DNA of 64,000 bases, taken from Candidatus Uhrbacteria bacterium CG10_big_fil_rev_8_21_14_0_10_48_16 (GTDB taxonomy: Bacteria > Patescibacteriota > Patescibacteriia > UBA9934 > GWF2-40-263). This document shows, piece after piece, positions 11,416-19,602 of this stretch; position 1 is the first letter of the stretch; every line of letters begins with the position of its first letter. The stretch lies in contig PFEU01000008.1 of the NCBI GenBank assembly GCA_002793515.1, positions 6,824 to 70,823 on the forward strand. The letters run 5' to 3'. The notes beneath the pieces are model-generated. The model did not search any database, was not told the DNA's origin, and was given only the letters and a program-made list of their open reading frames with translations. The position numbers were made by a program, and so were the translations under genes.

Positions 11416-13122
11416 CTACATTTCATCAACCGTTTCAATTCCGAGTATTCCCAACCCATGTTGCAACAAATCTCCCACAGAACGAATTAACGCAAGTCGC
11501 TCAGACAAGTCACGCCCTTCCTGTTGAAGAATGGGCTCTCCTGCGTAGAATTCAGAGAATGCTTTTGCAAGCTGGAAAAGAAACTGAGAGAGAATGGCTG
11601 GTTGAAGTTTTTGGATGGTATCAAAGAGCACCTCTGGATACGTTGCGAGCATCATAATAAGTTGATGCTCAGAAGCAGATGTAAGCGTTTCTGCAGACCA
11701 GGAAGGTTTTTTTCTTCCTGCTTTCTTCAACAGACTCTGGATACGCGCATACATATAGAGCAAGTACGGACCTGTATACCCCTCAAACGAAAGGGCGTCC
11801 TTAAGGTTAAAGACGATCTTCTTTCCATTGTCTTGTTTAAGCATGCCAAAACGCATCGCAGAAAACGCAACCGCTCGTACCACCTTGTCGATTTTTTTCT
11901 CAGACCAATCCTCATGTCGTGCGTGTGTCTCTCGACGGGCTTCTTCAAACAGTTCATCTCGCAAATCTTCATAGCGGATAACATTCCCAGTGCGTGCAGC
12001 CATGGCTCCCCCTTCGAGTGTCACAAACTCATACGAGAGATGTTGAAGTTCACGCTCGAAGCCCATGAGTTCCAGTGTCGCGAACAATTGTTGCAACGCA
12101 TGGGACTGTCGTTCATCAACCACATAAATAGATCGTGTGGGGTGATAATCTTCTTCCTTCTTCAGCGCAAGTCCAAGATCCTTTGCATTGTACAAGAGGC
12201 GTCCATCAGACTTGATCAGGAGATTGACTCCTAAATTCTGATCTTCAAGATCCACAATCCATGCTCCTTCTGATTGCTTTACAATCTCTTTCTTAATGAG
12301 ATCGTCAATGATCTTTTTTGTTTTGCCAATCACTTCACTTTCGAAATACCAGTGATCAAGGGTGAGTCCAAGTTCTTCATACACCTGCTTGAGATACTCA
12401 ATAGACCAGCCCCGTGTCTCCTTCCATAGCGCAATCTCGTCTCCGCGTTGATCCTCAAGATGCTGAAAGACTTCTGAAACCTGCACCGAAAATGAAGGTT
12501 GTTCTTTGATCTTCGTCGTCGCTTCGACATACACGTCACGCAAAAAACCAATCCGATCAGCTTCTGAAACTTCTTCTCCTTCATGATAGGTTTTCATGCA
12601 CCAAACAGATTTCGCCACATGCAACCCAAGATCATTGATATACGCCACGGGGACGACATCATATCCACCTGCTTTCAAAAGATTGACGGCTGTTTGACCA
12701 ACAAACAGATTGCGGAGGTGACCAATATGAACATCCTTATGCGAATTCAAGTTCGCAAACTCCACCATGATTCGCTTGTCTTCACCCACATCCGACGTTC
12801 CATATTCATCGCCTAATTCGTGCATCTCCTTCATCACCGCCTCCCCCAACGCACGTGTATCGTAGGTAAAATTCACATACGGACCAACCGCTTTTACCTT
12901 AGCAATATATCCTTTTGGACCAATGGAAGCCGAAAGCTCCACAGCAATCTCATTTGGGTTTCTCTTTAATTTTGATGCGAGCGTAAAGCACGGAAATGCT
13001 AAATCCCCCATCTGGGCATCCGGAGGTATTTCGAAATCTTCCAGAACCGGCACAAAGCCGTGTGGGGCTGCTTGCTTAATCGCTTGAAGCACTTGAGTTT
13101 TTGCGTCTTGTATAACGTACAT
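11416..13122 (-). CDS. argS: Arginine--tRNA ligase
   Basis: GDLAFPCF, GPYVNF, VHIGHLRN, YINDLG, GYTGPYLLYMYARIQS and a C-terminal GILGIETVDEM. Confidence 0.97.
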   Translation of the reverse strand: MYVIQDAKTQVLQAIKQAAPHGFVPVLEDFEIPPDAQMGDLAFPCFTLASKLKRNPNEIAVELSASIGPKGYIAKVKAVGPYVNFTYDTRALGEAVMKEMHELGDEYGTSDVGEDKRIMVEFANLNSHKDVHIGHLRNLFVGQTAVNLLKAGGYDVVPVAYINDLGLHVAKSVWCMKTYHEGEEVSEADRIGFLRDVYVEATTKIKEQPSFSVQVSEVFQHLEDQRGDEIALWKETRGWSIEYLKQVYEELGLTLDHWYFESEVIGKTKKIIDDLIKKEIVKQSEGAWIVDLEDQNLGVNLLIKSDGRLLYNAKDLGLALKKEEDYHPTRSIYVVDERQSHALQQLFATLELMGFERELQHLSYEFVTLEGGAMAARTGNVIRYEDLRDELFEEARRETHARHEDWSEKKIDKVVRAVAFSAMRFGMLKQDNGKKIVFNLKDALSFEGYTGPYLLYMYARIQSLLKKAGRKKPSWSAETLTSASEHQLIMMLATYPEVLFDTIQKLQPAILSQFLFQLAKAFSEFYAGEPILQQEGRDLSERLALIRSVGDLLQHGLGILGIETVDEM

Positions 13123-13128
13123 ACCTAT

Positions 13129-15756
13129 CTATCCAGAAGTTAACTGCTGTGTAAGAGTTTGCGCCTTTTTCTGAGCCTCTTCAAGATTTTGTCTCATATC
13201 AGCCACCACCTGCTCAGGCGCTTTTGACGTAAACGCTTCATTTGCAAGCTTTCCTTCAAGACGTTTGATGTACGCAACCGTCTCTTCGTATTGCACTGAA
13301 AGTTTTGCCCGCTCAGCTTCTTGGTCGATGATCCCTTCGAGTGAGACAAGAACTTCGATATCTCGAACAATAACAGACGCAAACTCTCCGACAGGTTTTT
13401 TATTCGCTTTTGTGAGTTTTCTAACACCAGCAAAAAGCTCAACTAGCTTAGATAGATCATCGGGAATGGCTCCAACGAGTACTACATCAACCTTTTGTTT
13501 TAAGGTGAGACCATACTCAGAACGAATATTCCGGATTGCAACTATGACACCCTGAACTTTCTCAAACCAACGTTCTGACTCTGAATGGTAGAAACTTTGT
13601 GATACTACTGGCCACTCGTGGACGATCAACATTGTCTCTGGATCAATCTGCTTCCATAATTCTTCGGTCACAAACGGCATGAACGGATGCCAATAAGCTA
13701 GCAGTCGCTCAAGAATAAAAAGGAGAATTGAATCTGTTGATTCATCTTTTTGTACCTTAGCCACTTCCAAATACCAATCAGCAAATTTACCCCAAGTGAA
13801 ATCACGCAACTTCTCTCCTGCTTGAGAGAACTCATAAGCTTCGAGATGATTCGTAACATCCACCTGAAGCCTACAAAAATGGGAAAGAATCCAATGATCC
13901 GCAAGCGTCTTTGGTACAATTTCTGATTCAGCGACGTGATGAATCTCCTCCACCTGCATGAACACGAAGCGAGAAATATTCCAGAGCTTGTTGGTGAAGT
14001 TTCGATAACCCGCGACCTTCGCCTCGGAAAGTTTCGAGTCGTTCCCTGGTGTGGAACCAATCGTGAGTGAGAGTCGCGTCGCATCCGCACCGTACTCGGC
14101 AATCATGTCGAGTGGGTCGATGATGTTGCCAAGCGACTTGCTCATCTTTCGCCCTTGCTCGTCACGCACCAATCCATGCAGATACACCTTCTCAAATGGA
14201 ATTTGTCCGAGAGTATACGTCGTCATGAGAATCATGCGAGCAACCCAAAAAAACAAAATGTCATAGCCCGTCTCAAGCACCGTCGTTGGATGGAAGGTTT
14301 TGAGATCATCGATCTGGTCAGGCCACCCAAGCGTCGAGAATGTCCAAAGCCCAGAAGAAAACCAGGTATCGAGCGTATCGGGGTCTTGTTCCCATCCATC
14401 CCCTTCTGGCAAGGTGCCCACAGTAATCTCTTCGCCTCGGTACCACACCGGCACACGATGACCGAACCAAATCTGGCGACTGATATTCCAGTCGCGCAAG
14501 TTGTCGATCCAGTGGAAGTAGGTTTTGTTGAAACGATCAGGGATGATTTCGATCTGTCCCTCGCGGACAACCGTCTGCATGAGTTGCTTAAGCGTCACCA
14601 TGTCTCCCTTCTTCATGTTCGCAAGCTCAGCACCCTTAAACGCAAACGCCTTATTCACATCAATAAACCACTGACGCTTTGGAAGCGGTTCAACCGCTTC
14701 GCCACAGCGGTAGCAAACGGATAGGTTGTGCACGTACTCCTCATCAATGTGATCAACCAATCCTTTGGTGGTGAGCTTCTCAACGATTTCCTCTCGAGCT
14801 TCGTGCGCATTCTTCCCAGCAAACGATCCAGCTGCGGCTGTGAACTTCCCGTCCTCGCCGATAATCTGCACGACGTCGAATCCGTACTTCTTAGCCAAAT
14901 CAAAATCGACAAAACTGTGCGCGGGTGTGATGGTCATGGCTCCGGATCCCATTTCCCTATCGGCCGCCTCATCGGCAACCATCTTGGCCATCACGGGTCC
15001 TTCAATCCATTCAACCTCAAACTCCTTCCCTACCAGATCCTTGTATCGATCATCTTGAGGATGGACGATAATGATTTTATCGAGGAATTTTGTTTCCGGT
15101 CGCGCTGTACCGATGACCACCGGCCCGTATTTGAAGTAATAAAACTTCGACTTATGTTCGCGATATTCCACCTCATCATCGGCGAGCGTCGACTTACAAC
15201 GCGGACACCAGTTCACCAGACGGTCACCACGATAAATGAGTCCATCGTCGTACATCATCTTGAAAACCGTATTCACGGCACGGTTGCGTGCCTCGTCGAG
15301 CGTGTATGCTTCTCGCGACCAATCGAGACTGGCCCCCATCTTCTTTGCTTGATTGACGATGGTGTCATGGGATTCAGACGCAAACGCTTCTACACGCTTC
15401 AAAAATTCTTCTCGCCCAAGTTCCTGACGGGGATCTTTCATTCCTTGTGCCATCAGCAACTTCTCAACCTTTGTTTGCGTGGCGATCGCTGCGTGATCCG
15501 TTCCCGGAACCCACAATGCTTTGCGCCAACGCATCCGATTGAAGCGGGTCATAATATCCTCAATGGCAAGCATCACCGCATGACCCATGTGAAGAGTTCC
15601 TGTGACGTTTGGGGGTGGAAGAACAATCGAAAAGCTTTCTGTTCGCTCACCAGGAAGATTATCGGGATTAAAAAAACCACTCTTTTCCCAAGCGGTATAG
15701 ATAGCGTCTTCGTATTCTTTGGCTTCGTAGGCCTTAGGGATATCTTGTTTTGCCAT
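13129..15756 (-). CDS. valS: Valine--tRNA ligase
   Basis: PPPNVTGTLHMGH, PGTDHAAIATQ, DWNISRQIWFGH, DTLDTWFSS, KMSKS and a C-terminal coiled-coil arm. Start set at ATG 15756. Confidence 0.98.
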   Translation of the reverse strand: MAKQDIPKAYEAKEYEDAIYTAWEKSGFFNPDNLPGERTESFSIVLPPPNVTGTLHMGHAVMLAIEDIMTRFNRMRWRKALWVPGTDHAAIATQTKVEKLLMAQGMKDPRQELGREEFLKRVEAFASESHDTIVNQAKKMGASLDWSREAYTLDEARNRAVNTVFKMMYDDGLIYRGDRLVNWCPRCKSTLADDEVEYREHKSKFYYFKYGPVVIGTARPETKFLDKIIIVHPQDDRYKDLVGKEFEVEWIEGPVMAKMVADEAADREMGSGAMTITPAHSFVDFDLAKKYGFDVVQIIGEDGKFTAAAGSFAGKNAHEAREEIVEKLTTKGLVDHIDEEYVHNLSVCYRCGEAVEPLPKRQWFIDVNKAFAFKGAELANMKKGDMVTLKQLMQTVVREGQIEIIPDRFNKTYFHWIDNLRDWNISRQIWFGHRVPVWYRGEEITVGTLPEGDGWEQDPDTLDTWFSSGLWTFSTLGWPDQIDDLKTFHPTTVLETGYDILFFWVARMILMTTYTLGQIPFEKVYLHGLVRDEQGRKMSKSLGNIIDPLDMIAEYGADATRLSLTIGSTPGNDSKLSEAKVAGYRNFTNKLWNISRFVFMQVEEIHHVAESEIVPKTLADHWILSHFCRLQVDVTNHLEAYEFSQAGEKLRDFTWGKFADWYLEVAKVQKDESTDSILLFILERLLAYWHPFMPFVTEELWKQIDPETMLIVHEWPVVSQSFYHSESERWFEKVQGVIVAIRNIRSEYGLTLKQKVDVVLVGAIPDDLSKLVELFAGVRKLTKANKKPVGEFASVIVRDIEVLVSLEGIIDQEAERAKLSVQYEETVAYIKRLEGKLANEAFTSKAPEQVVADMRQNLEEAQKKAQTLTQQLTSG

Positions 15757-15829
15757 ATCGCAACGTAGTTTAGGGAAAAACGGGCTATTTTGCAACTATT
15801 TTGTGAAAATAGCTCATGACTCAGATAAA

Positions 15830-15858
15830 TTGACAAAATGTCGATTTTGGAACACAAT
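15830..15858 (+). promoter_or_regulatory. Putative promoter of the FG-GAP lipoprotein gene
   Basis: TTGACA-17 nt-CACAAT, followed by a long hairpin leader and a GGAGG at 15950-15954. Confidence 0.6.
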
Positions 15859-15961
15859 TCGTCCTCGTTCATTTCATCATTCCTGTTCGGAACAAAGGAC
15901 CTTTCACGGGTTCTGTGTCCCGAGCAGGAACTGTTCGGCCCCATAAACCGGAGGACCAGAC

Positions 15962-18262
15962 ATGGAAAAGAACCTGATGTGTGTGATGTGGATGTTGCTG
16001 GTCTTCCTGACCGGTTGCGACATCGCGCCGTTCATCGGCGACCTGAAGACTTCGGTCTGTGACTTTGATAAGGACGGACTCGCGCGCAGTAGCGACTACT
16101 GTGGCGGTCCGGACTGCGACGACGGCGACCAGGACGTGGGAGAGCCCACCATCTGGTACAACGACGTCGACCAGGACGGCTTCGGCGGTGAGACACAGGA
16201 AACTGCGTGCTCGGCCCCCCCGAACTTCGTCGACCACAATGGCGACTGCGACGACACCAGTGAACTCGTCCACCCAGACGCCATCGAAGTCTGCAACGGG
16301 TACGACGACAACTGCGACGGCGGGATCGATGACGAGAACATCCCCACCTGGTACGCAGACGTCGACACCGATGGCTACGGCGACCTCGCAAACTCTCAGG
16401 AGTCCTGCGACGAGCCCACGGGCTACGTCGACAACAGCGATGACTGCGACGACGGCGATGCGACGGTCAACCCTGAAGGGGTGGAGATCTGTGACGACGG
16501 CATCGACCAGGACTGCAACGGCATCATCGACGACGCCGACGGATCTGTCACCTGGTACGCAGACGCGGACGGTGACAGCTACGGCGACCCGGAAAATCTC
16601 CTCGCTACGTGCGTGGAGAACCCCGAAGGGTACGTCAGCAACGCCAACGACTGCGACGACAGCGAAGCAGACGTGAACCCCAGCGCCGTCGAGATCTGTG
16701 ACGATCTCATCGACAACAACTGCAACGGTGAAACCGACACGGACACCGAAGACGTCAACTGGTACGCCGACGTGGACGGTGACGGCTACGGCGACGAGTC
16801 GGACAGCCTCGTCGACTGTGCTCCGCCCGAGAGATACGTCGAAGACTTGACCGATTGCGACGATGCCGACGCAGACATCAACCCCGGTGTCGACGAAGTC
16901 TGCAACAACGACATCGACGACAACTGCGACGGGTCCCCCAACGCCTGTGACCACGCTGGAACCATCAGCTTCAGTACGGCAGATGGAACCATCGATGGCA
17001 TGGAGGTGGGTGGATACGCCGGATTTGCGCTCGCAAGCGCCGGTGACTTCAACCTCGATGGCTTCGACGATGTGGTGATGAGTGCCTCACAAGCACACAC
17101 CGTCTACATCTTCTTCGGCCCCATCACCGGAGCGCTCGACACGGACTCGGCCGACATCACCCTCGAAGGACCTTCGGGTTCCTACGCGGGAATGGCGGTC
17201 GCTGGTGCGTGCGATCTCGACGGAGACGGCAACAACACCGACATCCTCGTCGGTGGCCCCTACGACACCGACAACGGAAGCGAAGCCGGTGCCGTCTGGG
17301 TCATCTCTGGCCCCATCTCGTCCGGCACCTACTCGCTGGACGCCATCGCAGACGCCAAGTTGACGGGCAGTGCGGGAAGCCGGTTCGGCTCCTCCGTGGA
17401 CTGCTCCGGTGATAACGATGGGGACGGCAAGGATGACATCCTCGTCGGCGCTCCCAACGATGACGCAACGGCAGAAGATGCCGGCGCGGTCTATCTCGGG
17501 ATCAGCCCGGTCGCCAGCGGAAGCTCCACGAGCCTCATCTCGCTCCTGGGCGTGACCACTGATGATGCGACAGGCTCCATGGTCACCTTCGCGGACGTGG
17601 ACGGTGACGGCTATGCCGACGTCGTCATCGGCACCCATCAGGATGACGATGTCGATACCAATGCGGGTGCCATCGCCATCTTCCTGGGACCCCTCACCTC
17701 CTCGGCTTCGGTGTCCACCGCGGACATCAAGCTGACTGGCGAAAACACCTCGGACTTCGCGGGACGCACCCTCAAGGCGGGAGACATCGACGGGGACGGC
17801 AACGACGACCTGCTCGTTGGCGCCTACCAGTACGACTCCAGCACAGGAGCCTTCTACATCGTCTATGGCGGGGCGACACTCGCGTCCGGATCGCTGAGCA
17901 CGCACATCAAAGTCACGGGAGAAGCCTCAGGCGACAGCGCAAGCTACGGCCTGGGGGGAATCTGTGACTTCGATAGGGACGGAAGCAACGATCTGTTCAT
18001 CGGAGCTCGCACCGAGAGCTCATCGGCTTCGCAAGCCGGCGCGCTCTATATCTTCCACGGAGCTCCCACCAGCGGAAGCACGCTCGGCTCAGCATACGCC
18101 AAGTTCACCGGCGAAACCGCTGGAGACTACGCTGGAGGTGCTCTCGCCACGATGGACCTCGATGGCGACGGGTTCTGTGACGTCGTCACCAGTGCCTACC
18201 TGGGTGACTACACCGGATCGAACACCGGGCGAGTCTACGCCATCTACGGCCTGGGCTACTAG
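15962..18262 (+). CDS. Lipoprotein with Cys/Asp-rich metal-binding (MopE-type) repeats and a 7-blade FG-GAP integrin-alpha-like propeller
   Basis: Lipobox LTGC; four WYxDxDxDGYG...DCDD...P...E(V/I)C...D(D/N/Q)(N/D)C(D/N)G repeats; seven DxDGDG..D..VGA-type blades; strongly GC-rich. Confidence 0.88.
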   Translation: MEKNLMCVMWMLLVFLTGCDIAPFIGDLKTSVCDFDKDGLARSSDYCGGPDCDDGDQDVGEPTIWYNDVDQDGFGGETQETACSAPPNFVDHNGDCDDTSELVHPDAIEVCNGYDDNCDGGIDDENIPTWYADVDTDGYGDLANSQESCDEPTGYVDNSDDCDDGDATVNPEGVEICDDGIDQDCNGIIDDADGSVTWYADADGDSYGDPENLLATCVENPEGYVSNANDCDDSEADVNPSAVEICDDLIDNNCNGETDTDTEDVNWYADVDGDGYGDESDSLVDCAPPERYVEDLTDCDDADADINPGVDEVCNNDIDDNCDGSPNACDHAGTISFSTADGTIDGMEVGGYAGFALASAGDFNLDGFDDVVMSASQAHTVYIFFGPITGALDTDSADITLEGPSGSYAGMAVAGACDLDGDGNNTDILVGGPYDTDNGSEAGAVWVISGPISSGTYSLDAIADAKLTGSAGSRFGSSVDCSGDNDGDGKDDILVGAPNDDATAEDAGAVYLGISPVASGSSTSLISLLGVTTDDATGSMVTFADVDGDGYADVVIGTHQDDDVDTNAGAIAIFLGPLTSSASVSTADIKLTGENTSDFAGRTLKAGDIDGDGNDDLLVGAYQYDSSTGAFYIVYGGATLASGSLSTHIKVTGEASGDSASYGLGGICDFDRDGSNDLFIGARTESSSASQAGALYIFHGAPTSGSTLGSAYAKFTGETAGDYAGGALATMDLDGDGFCDVVTSAYLGDYTGSNTGRVYAIYGLGY

Positions 18263-18291
18263 CCTCAGGCTCACGCGCCCCCACGGGCACC

Positions 18292-18330
18292 CCCCACCCT
18301 TTGACAAGCTCAGGGTGGGGATTTTCTTTT
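18292..18330 (+). terminator. Intrinsic terminator after the FG-GAP gene
   Basis: CCCCACCCT-11 nt-AGGGTGGGG followed by ATTTTCTTTT. Confidence 0.8.
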
Positions 18331-18428
18331 CCTTAATTCCCTTGACGCACCTGAAAAAAGCCTGTAAGTTAGCTCCTTACCCGTGCTTGTTGAAGGTAAG
18401 TAACATATAATTGAACTTACAAATTGGC

Positions 18429-19568
18429 ATGGCCCTGAAGCAGTCACAACAAGTCCTAGAAGCTATCAAGCGAAGCACTCGCCCACTTATTTGTATTCCC
18501 TCTGGTGGTGGTCCTGATGCGTATGCAACGGCTCTGGGTCTTTCGAGTGTTCTCAAGAAACTCGAAAAGGAACCTGTCATTGTCGCTGCGGACGGAAAAG
18601 TTCCAAGCAATCTCCAGTTCTTATCCGGACATGGGGACGTTCACACAAAGCTTGAGAATCTCCGACAGTTCGTGATTGAACTCGACGCATCAAAAACAAA
18701 AGTCGATAGTCTCACCTATGAACACAAGGGAGAAAAACTCTTTGTCTACCTTTCTCCGAAAAAGGGATTCTGGGATCAAAAAGATGTGCGCACCAGTTCT
18801 AGTGGGTATCGATTTGATCTGATTATCTGCATCGGTTCTCCAGACTATGAGTCTTGCGCTCATCTCTATGCGGAAAATCCAGACTTCTTTTTTCGAACAC
18901 CCGTTATCAATATTGATCACACTCCTGAAAATGAACACTACGGGCAAATCAATGCCGTCGATCTCACAGCAAGTGCGTGTGGTGAAGTCTGTCACGATCT
19001 CATTGAAGCTATCGAACCCGGCCTTATTGACGAAGAAGTCGCAACCGCATTCCTCACAGGAATGATTGCAAAAACAAAAAGCTTTCGCACAAGCAACGTC
19101 ACGCCCAAAACGCTTCAGACGGCTAGCAAGCTTATGGCCAAAGGAGCCAGACGAGATGATATTGTTCAGCGCCTCTATCGAACCCGTTCCGTTCCTACCT
19201 TGCGACTTTGGGGTCGCACCCTCGCTCGCTTAAAAGCGGACGAGGAAGCGAAAATGGTTTGGACACTTCTTTCAAAACAAGACTTCTTACATGCAGGAGC
19301 CCAAGAAGAAGATCTTCCTGATGTGATCGATGAGCTCATCGCGTCTTCCCCGAATGCCCGGGTGGTTGTCCTTCTCTATGAAAACTCAGAAAACAATATT
19401 TGCGTCATTGTCAGAGGAGAACGCCCGATCGATGTCATCGAGCTCTGTAAAGGATTTAATGCTTCGGGAACCCGAGAAGAAGTTCGACTCTGCATCATGA
19501 AAAAGAATATCGTCCAAGTCGAAAAAGAACTGATTCCTGCTATACGAAAACAACTTCTAAAAAAATAA
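18429..19568 (+). CDS. DHH/NrnA-like phosphoesterase family protein with degenerate motifs
   Basis: PDAYATALGL, PVINIDHT.EN..YGQIN and ATAFLTGMIAKTKSF; upstream TTGACG-17-TAAGTT. Confidence 0.8.
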   Translation: MALKQSQQVLEAIKRSTRPLICIPSGGGPDAYATALGLSSVLKKLEKEPVIVAADGKVPSNLQFLSGHGDVHTKLENLRQFVIELDASKTKVDSLTYEHKGEKLFVYLSPKKGFWDQKDVRTSSSGYRFDLIICIGSPDYESCAHLYAENPDFFFRTPVINIDHTPENEHYGQINAVDLTASACGEVCHDLIEAIEPGLIDEEVATAFLTGMIAKTKSFRTSNVTPKTLQTASKLMAKGARRDDIVQRLYRTRSVPTLRLWGRTLARLKADEEAKMVWTLLSKQDFLHAGAQEEDLPDVIDELIASSPNARVVVLLYENSENNICVIVRGERPIDVIELCKGFNASGTREEVRLCIMKKNIVQVEKELIPAIRKQLLKK

Positions 19569-19596
19569 CAGACTCAAACGAGCCTGTTATTTTTTT
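19559..19596. terminator. Bidirectional terminator
   Basis: AAAAAAATAACAG...CTGTTATTTTTTT between convergent genes. Confidence 0.8.
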
Positions 19597-19602
19597 AGAT
19601 CA

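Noticed and set aside
11524-15768. Plus-strand ORFs of 189-346 aa opposite argS and valS
   Set aside because: They overlap clear housekeeping genes entirely and show no protein-like motifs.
15757-15830. T-box riboswitch upstream of valS-argS
   Set aside because: The leader is too short (a TAAACT box lies 10 nt before the ATG) and there is no T-box consensus.
15869-17905. Long antisense ORFs (361 aa and 272 aa) over the FG-GAP gene
   Set aside because: They are the expected by-product of GC-rich, repetitive codon usage on the opposite strand and show no recognisable motifs.
15780-18340. High-GC gene as an IS or prophage remnant
   Set aside because: No transposase, terminal inverted repeats, target duplication or phage genes were found. 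It is kept only as a possible transfer finding.
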